Shown here: positions 26,089-35,589 of the stretch, piece by piece
Layout of the letters: every line of letters starts with the position of its first letter
Numbering within the stretch: position 1 is the stretch's first letter
NCBI GenBank assembly: GCA_018623995.1
Contig: JAAZUV010000001.1
Span: 1 to 51,902, forward strand
Reading direction: 5' to 3'
Source of the DNA: Methanobacteriota archaeon
GTDB lineage: Archaea; Thermoplasmatota; Poseidoniia; Poseidoniales; Poseidoniaceae
DNA: 51,902 nt
Translations under genes and position numbers: made by a program
The notes under the pieces: model-generated
Told to the model about the DNA's origin: nothing
Database searches by the model: none
What the model saw: the letters and a program-made list of their open reading frames with translations, nothing else

Positions 26089-27222
26089 ATGTGGGTAACA
26101 AGAGGGTCAATCATGGTGCGGCAGCGTCGTAAGTTCAAGCCTCGTGTGAGAACGACTCGCTCACTTGATCTGGACAACGTTGGTTTGGATGAGACACAAA
26201 AAATTCAACCACCTACTGCCTTTGGTGATCTGTGGAAAATCGCACCACCACTTTCAACCCGTTTGTACGAGAAAAGTGCACTTGGTCATCGGCTCGAGGA
26301 TGGCTCAATCGCGTTAACTGCATCAGAAGTCCTTTTTTGTCACTGGCATAGGCACGTTCCACTACCTGAAGCATCATGGCTTGAATCAGAACTTGAGAAG
26401 AATCCACGCCTGATTTATGAAGCCATCATATTGGACGTTGGCCGCAACGGTGGCGAAATGATTGTACCTACCATTCACAGACCAAATATCGAACACTTGT
26501 CTTGGGCTATTCGTTGGCATCGTGACCGGAATCATCTCAAGGATGACTACCAATCCTCCGTTTCAATTGCAACCACTCACGACGCTCTGGATTGGAAAAA
26601 TTTGCTCGCTTGGTGCCGCCAGTCCAAAGAAATGAACATCGATTCAGAGTTATTTGTTATCGATGATGAGTTGGATGTGACGATGTACAAAATCGATTTA
26701 ATCAATCCAAGAGGAGATTTGGTCCCTTGGGCTAATTTGAGTGAATCAGACAAGACGAATTTCCTCAGCCATTGGAACAAACGAACGCTCACGGAATCGG
26801 GAAGTTATGTTGGTTTTGATACACCATGGAATTGGCAGCAGATCGGTGTTGAGCACATGTCTGGAAGAGTTTTAAGGAAGGAAGAGGATTCTTTCATCGA
26901 ACAAATCATCGTAGAAAATGCGGCATCTTCAGAAGAATCTCTTTTGATGAACGATCTCCTGAACCGCGGGTTGTTGCTCCGACCCGGGTTCAAGTATGGA
27001 TGTCGTTGGAGAGTGTACGATGGTGATCTCAACGAATCACATGCTCCTTGGTTGATCCAACCACACAAAGAAGCAGCAACAACATGGGAAGGCGTATGTT
27101 TGAGTGTTCGACTTGCTGAAGGTGTTCACAAACAGTGGGTTTGTGCTATTCCAGAGGGAGATGTATGGAAGTACCTAAGGATTCAAAGATGGTCACCTGG
27201 CAAGAATTCCTCGGCTTCGTGA
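26089..27222 (+). CDS. endA: tRNA-splicing endonuclease, duplicated (alpha2-type) form
   Basis: C-terminal catalytic unit LLRPGFKYGCRWRVYDGDLNESHAPWLIQP..VRLAEGVHKQWV (Tyr/His/Lys positions present). The N-terminal half is a degenerate repeat. The ORF-track start 25906 would overlap the divergent gene; ATG 26089 or 26113 is more plausible. Confidence 0.8.
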   Translation: MWVTRGSIMVRQRRKFKPRVRTTRSLDLDNVGLDETQKIQPPTAFGDLWKIAPPLSTRLYEKSALGHRLEDGSIALTASEVLFCHWHRHVPLPEASWLESELEKNPRLIYEAIILDVGRNGGEMIVPTIHRPNIEHLSWAIRWHRDRNHLKDDYQSSVSIATTHDALDWKNLLAWCRQSKEMNIDSELFVIDDELDVTMYKIDLINPRGDLVPWANLSESDKTNFLSHWNKRTLTESGSYVGFDTPWNWQQIGVEHMSGRVLRKEEDSFIEQIIVENAASSEESLLMNDLLNRGLLLRPGFKYGCRWRVYDGDLNESHAPWLIQPHKEAATTWEGVCLSVRLAEGVHKQWVCAIPEGDVWKYLRIQRWSPGKNSSAS

Positions 27223-29246
27223 TGTTCCCTTTGTTCGGGCTCTTTCTTTGTTGAAGTGCGTGCAAACAGAGAGGTAGCAAACCACACAGAGAAAATGAGG
27301 AAGAAGAGCGTGAGCACGAACGATTGATCACCAATCAAGGGAATCTTATCGTCTTCAACAGCCTTGAGTTCAACATCAATAGTCCAAGATTCTCCATTGA
27401 ACGATTGAAGGTGAACAGTTCCCATAACATACATGTTGTCTTGAAGAAGTCCTTGTGGATCAACATTCAATACAATGGTACCATTGCCATTCTCAATCTC
27501 TACGGTCGGTTCTGCTGTGGCGATGCGTGACAGAGGTCCTTCAATTTCAATCGTGTATTCTGCAGAGCCAATTCCTTCGCCTTTGTACGGGATGATGAGT
27601 GTACTTGAATCAACCACAGGTATTGTTTCCTCTAAACGCATACTTATTGGAAGAGGAATTGAGCCAAGTGTTGTGATGGAAATTTGTACATCAAAGACAT
27701 CATCTCCACATTGTATTGTGCCAGTGAACGTAGCTGTAGAGTCAATCATGCCGACCTCGGTGAATGTCCCATAGTGCTTTGAGCCAATTGCTGAATCGTT
27801 TGTAAATGTGACTTGACGACCATCGCTACCACCGAGGGTACCCCAGCATGGTTCCGTTGAACCACTCGAAATTTGTTCAAACACAAGTGGGTCTTCTTGT
27901 AGGAGTGTTGTCCCAAAATCATCGAAATTGATGTGCGTTGATGGCGAGCAATTTGAGGAATGAAATTCGAGATTCCACTGTCCTTCATCCTCAACAACTC
28001 GAACATGCCACGGAACGAGGATACCATCGTGGTCGCGTATGAGAATACCACGTTCACCAAATTCATCACCTGGTTGAAACAAATCACTTGAGACACCATC
28101 GTTAACACCACGTAACTGTTCTTGATTACCATCTGCCTCAATCGTTTTCAGGTATGGTCTTCGTTGGTCAATGTTCATCGCATTGTGTGCTGAATCACCT
28201 GCTGCAAAGTCTTCGAGGAGGACGAGTACACCTTCGCCTGGTAACGATGCATCATACCCTTGTTGTACTCGCTTCTCAATCCAAATGAATTCATCAATCG
28301 ACACCTGTATTCGAACCCTATCGCCTCCGTTGGTTCGATCGTCTAAAGCGATGACTGGACCAATGCAAGGGCTAGGAGAATTCGATGGCCATTCCAGGGA
28401 AACTTCACGCGTTGCTCCGTGGCCGATTGCAGCCATCGTGGGTCCAGTTGGCAGGGATGGTGTGTCACCTCCTCCATTCCAATTGCCGCTCGCCATGATG
28501 TCCCAGACACCGATGCCTTTCCATGAACCCGAGTACCCCGAATCGTGAACGGGATAAAGGTCGTATGCTCCGAATTGGTGCATCATTTCGTGCAGAATGG
28601 TTCCAAATCCATTGACTCCATGCCTCATTGAGGACATCGTGTAATGTTCAAACGAAACATCTCCACTTTTGATGGGCTCTGAGAACGATGTGAAATGTGA
28701 CCAAATACGATTGGAGGAACCAGAACCTTGTTCTTGCGCAAGTGTTGAATGAAGAATGAGAAATCGATCTACAACTCCATCCTCGTTGAGATCGTACTCT
28801 GGTAATGTTGGATCATCAATGGATTCGACAACATACTTTGCAAGTAGAGCGGGTAAGAATTCAGTACCATCGCCATAATCCCGGCCGTATTGTCCATCGT
28901 CACCGTAGGCTGAAAGCGGCTTTGGTGCTCGTATGATTTCATCGTGCATGGTGATGTTCACAATCACCTCTTGACCGAGCGCCTGGGTAAAATACTCTCC
29001 AGAATAGTCCTGAAATTCAGATTCGATTTGTGCTTTCGCATCATTGTTCAGTTGATTCGATTCGAAATCAACGAGAACTACAAACCACGATTCGTTTGTT
29101 TGCAAACCAACCAAAGGCGCATATGTATCCGTTGGGCTTGACACATCGATTTGGAACAGGTCATTGATCTCGTTTGAGTATATTTGGGAGGCGACGGCAA
29201 GAACCAAGCAGAGGACCATCCCAATGGCTTGTCCCGTTTTGCCCAT
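27183..29246 (-). CDS. M6-family (immune inhibitor A-like) zinc metallopeptidase, membrane anchored
   Basis: ILHEMMHQFGAYDLY (HExxH plus the downstream DLY typical of M6), FLILHSTLAQEQGSGSSNRIWSHF, an N-terminal signal, and C-terminal TM FVLTLFFLIFSVWFATSLF. Confidence 0.8.
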   Translation of the reverse strand: MGKTGQAIGMVLCLVLAVASQIYSNEINDLFQIDVSSPTDTYAPLVGLQTNESWFVVLVDFESNQLNNDAKAQIESEFQDYSGEYFTQALGQEVIVNITMHDEIIRAPKPLSAYGDDGQYGRDYGDGTEFLPALLAKYVVESIDDPTLPEYDLNEDGVVDRFLILHSTLAQEQGSGSSNRIWSHFTSFSEPIKSGDVSFEHYTMSSMRHGVNGFGTILHEMMHQFGAYDLYPVHDSGYSGSWKGIGVWDIMASGNWNGGGDTPSLPTGPTMAAIGHGATREVSLEWPSNSPSPCIGPVIALDDRTNGGDRVRIQVSIDEFIWIEKRVQQGYDASLPGEGVLVLLEDFAAGDSAHNAMNIDQRRPYLKTIEADGNQEQLRGVNDGVSSDLFQPGDEFGERGILIRDHDGILVPWHVRVVEDEGQWNLEFHSSNCSPSTHINFDDFGTTLLQEDPLVFEQISSGSTEPCWGTLGGSDGRQVTFTNDSAIGSKHYGTFTEVGMIDSTATFTGTIQCGDDVFDVQISITTLGSIPLPISMRLEETIPVVDSSTLIIPYKGEGIGSAEYTIEIEGPLSRIATAEPTVEIENGNGTIVLNVDPQGLLQDNMYVMGTVHLQSFNGESWTIDVELKAVEDDKIPLIGDQSFVLTLFFLIFSVWFATSLFARTSTKKEPEQREHHEAEEFLPGDHL

Positions 29247-29296
29247 GCCTAACTGACCTCATCGGTTCGTTTCAATTGTTGGGTTCTGTGTCTGTA

Positions 29297-30586
29297 TTAT
29301 GTTCGAATTGCATCCTTTTCATCATCAGACCAACTTTTTCCAGATACTCGCAATGTGCCTTGTATTAATTCTGGCCATTGCTTTGCATCTACAAACCTCA
29401 GCTTCGTTCTTTCCTCTGGTTCAACATGACGCATGCATGCGTCCAAACGTTGTTTTGAAGACCATGGATCAACTACGTTTTCCAGATGGATATTGACTTC
29501 CTTACGTAACTGAATATTGTCGTTGGGTAACGAGCCTTGAAGACCGAGAAGGTCAAGACCACGCAACGTGCAACGTGCCGAAGAAACAGTGTCCTGAAAC
29601 GCTTCAGGTAATGGTGATGCATCGCATCCTCCAATGATCACGTCGGTTAGTTGATGTTTGGACACCATAGAAATGAGGTGATTTCGCTCACCGATGTTGT
29701 CGCAAAGAGATTCATATCGTAAAAGACCGGTATGTTCTGGTGATGTATCGATTGGATAAGCAACACCTTGGCATGAACAATCAACATACGTTACGTAACG
29801 TCGACGTCCCTCGTGATCAAAAATGGCTGAGGGGTTGTATATTTCGTTCGATACACGTATGCTTTTTCGGATGGAGAATTCGAGATAGATGATCATCAAA
29901 CTTAGGAGGATGATGTTGACACCGTTCCATCGTCCTGGTAGTGAGAGAAAGAGTACGAGACCGCCAATTCCGAGCAAACGAATCCGCCACCAATCCTGAT
30001 TGTTCTCGGTAATGAGTCCAAGTGCTCCAGATGTTGTTGTTGCAAATGCAAGAATGTACGTGATAAGAAGTCCCCAGAAGATGGATAAGGCAAGAACGAA
30101 CAATGAAACGGCATTATACTGAGCGGTTAATCCCATGTCGGAATGAATGGAATCTCCCACATCATACAGTTTCGGAATGAAAACGTAAAACAAGGCAAAC
30201 AATGTGAAGTAGCCCAGTGTCGTAGAAGAAAGCATCCAACGCTTCAACATGGATTGTTCATCTTGGGTTAAACCAGGTGCGGCAAATCGATACATCGATA
30301 CCAGTGCAAACGGAAGGACACACAATATTGCAAGAAATACGGCACTTAACCATCGTACAACACTCCATGAAGCAGGTTCGTAGAGTGTTAAACAGTCCGA
30401 CGTTCCGCACGGATTGAGGTGTGCAAGAACCACGCTCAAGATCTCATCAATGGTTGTCATTATTCCAATCGTTAGCACTGCAATGAGAACAAAACCAAGC
30501 GTTGCTTTTTGCGTCAATGTATCGAAGTGGACTTGGACAGGTAAAGCAAAGTCTCCTTCGAGCTTCAAGCCACTTGGAGCGGACAA
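29297..30586 (-). CDS. Divergent TatC-like six-TM protein fused to a ~190-aa C-terminal domain of unknown function
   Basis: Colinear with E. coli TatC by eye: LYEPASWSVVRWLSAVFLAILCVLPFALVSMYRFAAPGLTQDEQ vs [40 protein letters not shown]. Six hydrophobic segments in TatC order. The C-terminal soluble part contains YVDCSCQG and IIGGCDASPLP. Confidence 0.55.
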   Translation of the reverse strand: MSAPSGLKLEGDFALPVQVHFDTLTQKATLGFVLIAVLTIGIMTTIDEILSVVLAHLNPCGTSDCLTLYEPASWSVVRWLSAVFLAILCVLPFALVSMYRFAAPGLTQDEQSMLKRWMLSSTTLGYFTLFALFYVFIPKLYDVGDSIHSDMGLTAQYNAVSLFVLALSIFWGLLITYILAFATTTSGALGLITENNQDWWRIRLLGIGGLVLFLSLPGRWNGVNIILLSLMIIYLEFSIRKSIRVSNEIYNPSAIFDHEGRRRYVTYVDCSCQGVAYPIDTSPEHTGLLRYESLCDNIGERNHLISMVSKHQLTDVIIGGCDASPLPEAFQDTVSSARCTLRGLDLLGLQGSLPNDNIQLRKEVNIHLENVVDPWSSKQRLDACMRHVEPEERTKLRFVDAKQWPELIQGTLRVSGKSWSDDEKDAIRT

Positions 30587-30595
30587 ATGATTCCC

Positions 30596-31561
30596 TCACA
30601 CCAAATCGTGGTGCTCAGGGTTTGCCCGTGCTTGTACAATGGTTCGGTAAACACCGAACATACCCCAAAGTGTGAGCATTCCAAGAACCAATGCATAGCC
30701 CCATGGTTGACCGTCATCAACTGCCCAGCCAAAGGCAAGGAGCACAGCGAGTGTGAGCAATCCTCGTCGAATTCCTTGCGGAACTGCCAATCGCATGTCA
30801 AGGTGCTTAGGGCCACCACCAAATCGGCGTTCGTAGAATTCACCTTGAACAACTGCACCAACGAGGATGATGGACAAAGTCGTCCAGTAGAACAAATTAC
30901 CGTTGGTAAAGAAATCATCAGCGATCTCTGCTTGTCGCTTTGCTTCAAGTGCTTCAGGGTCCTCTTCGGCAACAAAGAGTGATTCAAAGTCACCAACACT
31001 GATGGTTCGCAGTGCGAGATTCTCTTCATCATCGTTGGTCATCGTATCTGGTGAAGAGATGAAGAACGACAAGAGATTCCAGTTGTCACCCTCGTTTGCT
31101 CCGTTCATACCATCGACTGCGTTACCAGCGAGTGAAAAGGAAACATCCCCAACATCCGTTGATGGTGCAGTCCAGGTGACAACCCAATCGTTGCTTGGAG
31201 CCGTTTGTGATACTGCTCCTGGTTCAGAGCCATCGGTGTCGGTAACAATTTGAGAACCTTCTCCAGCAGTAAACGTCCCTGATCCGTAGTCGCTTAGCAA
31301 GAAACCTCCGTTATCATACGATGCATGTTGTAGGTTGATGGTGAATTCATAGGATTCTCCAAGAGCGTAAGCGCGTGGAACGCCTGAAATTGATACGACG
31401 ACATCGTTGGATGGAACGCCATCACCGTGGCAAGTGCATCCGGTTTCAACAGTCAATCCACCGTTGATTGGATTGATCCATGGAGGGCCGTTTGGGTTGG
31501 CGACAACCGGCGCAAGAAGGCAAATTGAAAGCAACAAAATGAGAAGTGTCCTTGACCTCAT
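30596..31561 (-). CDS. Secreted Reeler-like beta-sandwich domain protein with an acidic linker and three C-terminal TM helices
   Basis: Signal MRSRTLLILLLSICLLAPVVA. ETGCTCHGDGVPS..VVVSISGVP..GESYEFTINL..NGGFLLS resembles the Reeler-domain pattern (Cys/His near the N-terminus, Y.V.l, GFll). The domain assignment is tentative; the CDS itself is well supported. Confidence 0.5.
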   Translation of the reverse strand: MRSRTLLILLLSICLLAPVVANPNGPPWINPINGGLTVETGCTCHGDGVPSNDVVVSISGVPRAYALGESYEFTINLQHASYDNGGFLLSDYGSGTFTAGEGSQIVTDTDGSEPGAVSQTAPSNDWVVTWTAPSTDVGDVSFSLAGNAVDGMNGANEGDNWNLLSFFISSPDTMTNDDEENLALRTISVGDFESLFVAEEDPEALEAKRQAEIADDFFTNGNLFYWTTLSIILVGAVVQGEFYERRFGGGPKHLDMRLAVPQGIRRGLLTLAVLLAFGWAVDDGQPWGYALVLGMLTLWGMFGVYRTIVQARANPEHHDLV

Positions 31562-31623
31562 GATTCCCTCTCCGTTTTGGCCACTTCAATTCATCCTTTC
31601 AACGTTCCTTCAAGTCCATGGAT

Positions 31624-33045
31624 TCAGGACTCTTTGATGGCGTTGTTGAGTCCAGTCATCATGGCTTTTCCATCGCCAAAGAGCATCATGGTTTTGTCCA
31701 TGTAGAACAGATCGTTGTCGACACCCGCATACCCAACAGAGAGCGACCTCTTGACGATGACCACCGTTCGGGCAGCATCTGCATCGATGATTGGCATACC
31801 AGCGAGAGGACCTTCTCCACTGCGTGCAGCAGGGTTGGTTGTATCGTTTGCACCAATCACGAGAGCAACGTCGCAATCAGGGAATTCTGGGTTGATTTCA
31901 TCCATTTCGATGAGTTGTTCGTATGGTACATTTGCTTCTGCCAACAGCACGTTCATGTGACCAGGCATCCGACCAGCTACTGGGTGAATGGCGTACTTGA
32001 CTTCAGTGTCGTATTTCTCAGCAATCAGATCAGCAAATTCCTTGACTTGGTGTTGGCATTGTGATACAGCCATTCCGTAACCAGGTACAATGATGACCTT
32101 CTGTGCTCCGTCAAGCATCATAGCGACTTCGTCAGGGTCAGATCCAACCTTCGTACGAGTCAGGGATTCCTTTTCGCCACTACCTCCAAAGGACTTGAAC
32201 AAAACATCAGGAAGCGTCCGGTTCATCGCCTTGCACATGATGAAGGTGAGAATGAGCCCAGATGCGCCGACCAAAGAACCTGCAACGATAAGCACAGAGT
32301 TTCCGATGATGAAACCTGTAAAGGCAGCTGCAATTCCAGAGAGCGAGTTGAGGAGGGATACGACAACAGGCATATCTGCTCCTCCGATTGGAAGGACGAG
32401 GACAATACCAAGCAGGGACGAAATACCGATGATTCCCCAGAGGTAATTCTCATCGGTTGGTGCATCGATGCTGAGGTAGATGAGGACAGCAACGCCAACG
32501 ACCATCATTACCTTCACTGGGTTCAGCCAAACTGGGCCCCATGTCGGTGTTTTGATCCACTTTCCAAAGATGCTCACACCTCCCTTGAGTTTGAACATTG
32601 CAAGAAGAGAACCGGTGAGTGTCATCCAACCGACGAGAGCTGACAAACCAGCAGCCACCATGATGACGGTTATCTCAAGTTGGTCCGTTGGAACATTCGA
32701 AGGATCTTCCATGTATCTCCAGACTTCCGAGAGAGCAACAAGTGCCGATGCAGCTCCTCCAAAACCGTTGAAGAGAGCGACAAGTTCTGGCATACCCGTC
32801 ATTTCGACTCGGATGGCCATCCAGAGTCCAATGAGCGAACCTATGACAAGACCTGCTCCAATGAGTACCCATTCAATTCCGTCCCCAAGTCCCATTTGGA
32901 GGATGGTTGTTACAACAGCAACAAGCATACCAAGAGCACCGAGTTGATTTCCAAATGGTGCCGTTCGAGGATGTCCAAGTTTCTTCAGACCGAAGATGAA
33001 TAAGGCAGCAGACAAGAGGTAGCCGAGTGAGATCCAATCTTCCAT
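31624..33045 (-). CDS. pntB: NAD(P) transhydrogenase subunit beta
   Basis: GYGMAVSQCQHQVKEF, HPVAGRMPGHMNVLLAEANVPY, many TM helices. ATG 33045 is preceded by GAGGAGGTG; the ORF-track start 33075 is TTG. Confidence 0.9.
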   Translation of the reverse strand: MEDWISLGYLLSAALFIFGLKKLGHPRTAPFGNQLGALGMLVAVVTTILQMGLGDGIEWVLIGAGLVIGSLIGLWMAIRVEMTGMPELVALFNGFGGAASALVALSEVWRYMEDPSNVPTDQLEITVIMVAAGLSALVGWMTLTGSLLAMFKLKGGVSIFGKWIKTPTWGPVWLNPVKVMMVVGVAVLIYLSIDAPTDENYLWGIIGISSLLGIVLVLPIGGADMPVVVSLLNSLSGIAAAFTGFIIGNSVLIVAGSLVGASGLILTFIMCKAMNRTLPDVLFKSFGGSGEKESLTRTKVGSDPDEVAMMLDGAQKVIIVPGYGMAVSQCQHQVKEFADLIAEKYDTEVKYAIHPVAGRMPGHMNVLLAEANVPYEQLIEMDEINPEFPDCDVALVIGANDTTNPAARSGEGPLAGMPIIDADAARTVVIVKRSLSVGYAGVDNDLFYMDKTMMLFGDGKAMMTGLNNAIKES

Positions 33046-33046
33046 T

Positions 33047-33358
33047 TCAGGCACCTCCTCGCTTCTTACCAGCAATCATGTTGAGCATACGATTCGTCAC
33101 AGCGAATCCTCCAACGACGTTGATCATGGCAAGTACAACCGCAACAAACGCAAGGATGCCCGAAACGGCAGTAGCACCACCGTCATACGCTACATTTGCT
33201 CCGATGAGGGCCCCGATGATCGAGATTCCTGAAATGGCGTTTGCACCGCTCATCAATGGTGTGTGGAGGGTTGCTGGAACCTTTGTGATAAGTTCAAATC
33301 CAAGGAAAATAGCAAGTACGAACAGTGTAATATTTCCAATCAAAAATTCAGGGGTCAT
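33047..33358 (-). CDS. pntAB: NAD(P) transhydrogenase subunit alpha, membrane part 2
   Basis: LFVLAIFLGFELITKVPATLHTPLMSGANAISGISIIGAL. ATGA overlap with the upstream gene. Confidence 0.85.
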   Translation of the reverse strand: MTPEFLIGNITLFVLAIFLGFELITKVPATLHTPLMSGANAISGISIIGALIGANVAYDGGATAVSGILAFVAVVLAMINVVGGFAVTNRMLNMIAGKKRGGA

Positions 33359-34518
33359 TCGAGGGCACCTCCCAATCGGGTTTGCTTTGGATGCATTTCT
33401 CCGTTCTGGCAGATGAGAACGCCTCCCATGCCGTTGACATAGAAATCGCTGCCTTCAGGAGCACCGACCAAAATGTCGTCTTCTTCGGAGATGACGATGG
33501 CTCCATCATCGACGAGTGAAGTAATGAACGTGGTGAGGTTGTTGGAATACAGCATGCTTGCGGTTGTGGCAATTGTACCTGGTAGATTTGAGGTTCCAAC
33601 AACGATGACTCCATTGTCAGTCGTGATAACTTCACCTGCAACTGTATCTTCGCAGTTTCCGCCCACATCAGCATTCATGTCGACAACAACTGCTCCAGAT
33701 TTGAATTCTTTAACCGCACTCGATGGAACGGTGATTGGCGCTGGACGGCCAAAAATTCTTGCCGTTGTGACGATAATATCGGCATCCGATGCAACTCCAC
33801 ACACTGTATCGTTCACTTTCTGGATAAACTCAGGAGTGAGGGGCTTCGCATAACCAGCTTCATCCTCGAAATCGTCCATGCCATCAACCTCGATGAATCG
33901 ACCACCAACGGATTCGATTTGTTCTGCTGCTGATTTCCGAACGTCGGACGCATAAACGACAGCACCCAGTCGCTTCGCTGTGGCAATGGCTTGCAAACCA
34001 GCAACACCAGATCCCATAATCACCACTTTTGCAGGACGTACTGTTCCTGCTGAGGTTGTCATCATAGGGATGCCCTTTGGAACGTGGGCCGCACCGAGTA
34101 GAACGGCCTTGTATCCTGCGAGGTTGTCTTGGCTTGAGTTCACGTCCATTGATTGGGCTCGACTCAAACGTCGTGGAATCATGTCCATTGATAGGAGAGT
34201 GATATTGTTTGCAAGGCAGTCTTTGACGAACTGCGGATTACGGAATGGATCCGATACACAGGCAAGATTTGTGCCTTCTTTCATTCCTTCAACACCGGGA
34301 AATCGAATGGTGATAATCGTCTCACATGCGAGTGCATCATCTCGACTGCCTACGGTTGCTCCGGCTGCTTCATACTCAGCATCATGATAGTTTGCAGCCA
34401 CGCCCGCTCCCGATTCGATGACAACCTCAAAACCTGCTTTTTGCAACTTCTTGAGGCTTGTAGGAACGATAGCAACTCGTGTCTCTCCTTCCGGTTCTTT
34501 GAGTACGCCCAACTTCAT
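33355..34518 (-). CDS. pntAA: NAD(P) transhydrogenase subunit alpha, part 1 (alanine dehydrogenase-like dI domain)
   Basis: MKLGVLKEPEGETRVA start block, VVIMGSGVAGLQAIATAKRLGA Rossmann motif. ATG 34518 is preferred over 34566. Confidence 0.9.
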   Translation of the reverse strand: MKLGVLKEPEGETRVAIVPTSLKKLQKAGFEVVIESGAGVAANYHDAEYEAAGATVGSRDDALACETIITIRFPGVEGMKEGTNLACVSDPFRNPQFVKDCLANNITLLSMDMIPRRLSRAQSMDVNSSQDNLAGYKAVLLGAAHVPKGIPMMTTSAGTVRPAKVVIMGSGVAGLQAIATAKRLGAVVYASDVRKSAAEQIESVGGRFIEVDGMDDFEDEAGYAKPLTPEFIQKVNDTVCGVASDADIIVTTARIFGRPAPITVPSSAVKEFKSGAVVVDMNADVGGNCEDTVAGEVITTDNGVIVVGTSNLPGTIATTASMLYSNNLTTFITSLVDDGAIVISEEDDILVGAPEGSDFYVNGMGGVLICQNGEMHPKQTRLGGALE

Positions 34519-34647
34519 GATAACACCGTTGTTTTTTGCCAACATGAGGGGGTTCTTCAATACCACCCATGACTCCTATCAAATGGGACAACAGCCAACC
34601 ATCTTGATTAAAAACATTCGACCATGACCAGCAACTGGCGAGAAATC

Positions 34648-35589
34648 ATGTCAAGAGGAAGTCGAAAAATCGCAGTAATTGGTGCAGGAAACGTTGGCGC
34701 AACATGTGCTTTTGTTCTAGCAAATATGAAGATTGCAGATGTTGTTTTGTTGGATATTTACGAAGGATTTGCGAAAGGGAAAGCACTTGACATGAGTCAA
34801 AATGCGAATGTTTTGAACTACAATGGAACCATCACTGGCACGTCCAATTATGAGGATATTGCTGGTGCTGATGTCGTTGTCGTGACAAGTGGTTTCCCAC
34901 GTCAGCCCGGTATGACTCGGGAAGATTTGATTGGTAAGAACGCAGAGATTGTTGCTCAAGTTGGTGCAGGTATCCGTGATCACGCACCTGATTCAGTTGT
35001 CATTGTCGTTACAAATCCACTGGATTTGATGACCTACCACATGCAGAAAGTGACTGGTTTCCCTGCAAATCGAGTCATTGGACAAGCAGGTGTCCTTGAT
35101 AGCGCTCGAATGGCTCACTTCATTGCGTTGGAACTCAATTGCGCTGAGGAAGATGTGAGTCCAATGGTCCTTGGTGGTCATGGTGATACGATGGTTCCGC
35201 TCCCACGATACACAACTGTTGGAGGTATTCCAATTACGCAACTCATGTCACAAGATCGAATCGATGCAATCTCTGCTCGCACTGCAGGCGGTGGTGGAGA
35301 GATTGTCAAGTTGCTGGAGCGAGGTTCAGCATTCTATGCCCCTGGATCGGCAGCGGCAGTTATGGCAGAATCCGTCCTCAACAACCGACGGCGCCTCTTA
35401 CCTGCTTCATGTCTCATGACAGGACAATACGGTTTGGATGATGTTTACATCGGTGTGCCATGCATTCTGGGTTCGAATGGTGTCGAGAATATTTTTGAGT
35501 TGGAATTGACTGACGACGAACTCAATTCTCTGCAAACGTCTGGAAATTTCTACAAGTCACAACTGGTTGAAATCTTGGGATACAACTGA
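34648..35589 (+). CDS. mdh: Malate dehydrogenase (LDH-like family)
   Basis: KIAVIGAGNVGATCAF, GFPRQPGMTREDL, GQAGVLDSARM, GGHGDTMVP. An alternative ATG lies at 34624. Confidence 0.9.
   Translation: MSRGSRKIAVIGAGNVGATCAFVLANMKIADVVLLDIYEGFAKGKALDMSQNANVLNYNGTITGTSNYEDIAGADVVVVTSGFPRQPGMTREDLIGKNAEIVAQVGAGIRDHAPDSVVIVVTNPLDLMTYHMQKVTGFPANRVIGQAGVLDSARMAHFIALELNCAEEDVSPMVLGGHGDTMVPLPRYTTVGGIPITQLMSQDRIDAISARTAGGGGEIVKLLERGSAFYAPGSAAAVMAESVLNNRRRLLPASCLMTGQYGLDDVYIGVPCILGSNGVENIFELELTDDELNSLQTSGNFYKSQLVEILGYN

Noticed and set aside
31424-31441. GCTCHG as a c-type heme attachment site, making this protein a client for the nearby CcmE
   Set aside because: The motif is CxCH, not CXXCH or a known variant. 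I cannot support covalent heme binding from sequence alone. It is reported only as something to test.
31618-33416. Several 100-155-aa plus-strand ORFs across the pnt operon
   Set aside because: They are antisense to pntB, pntAB and pntAA, all of which carry unambiguous family motifs. No independent signals support them.
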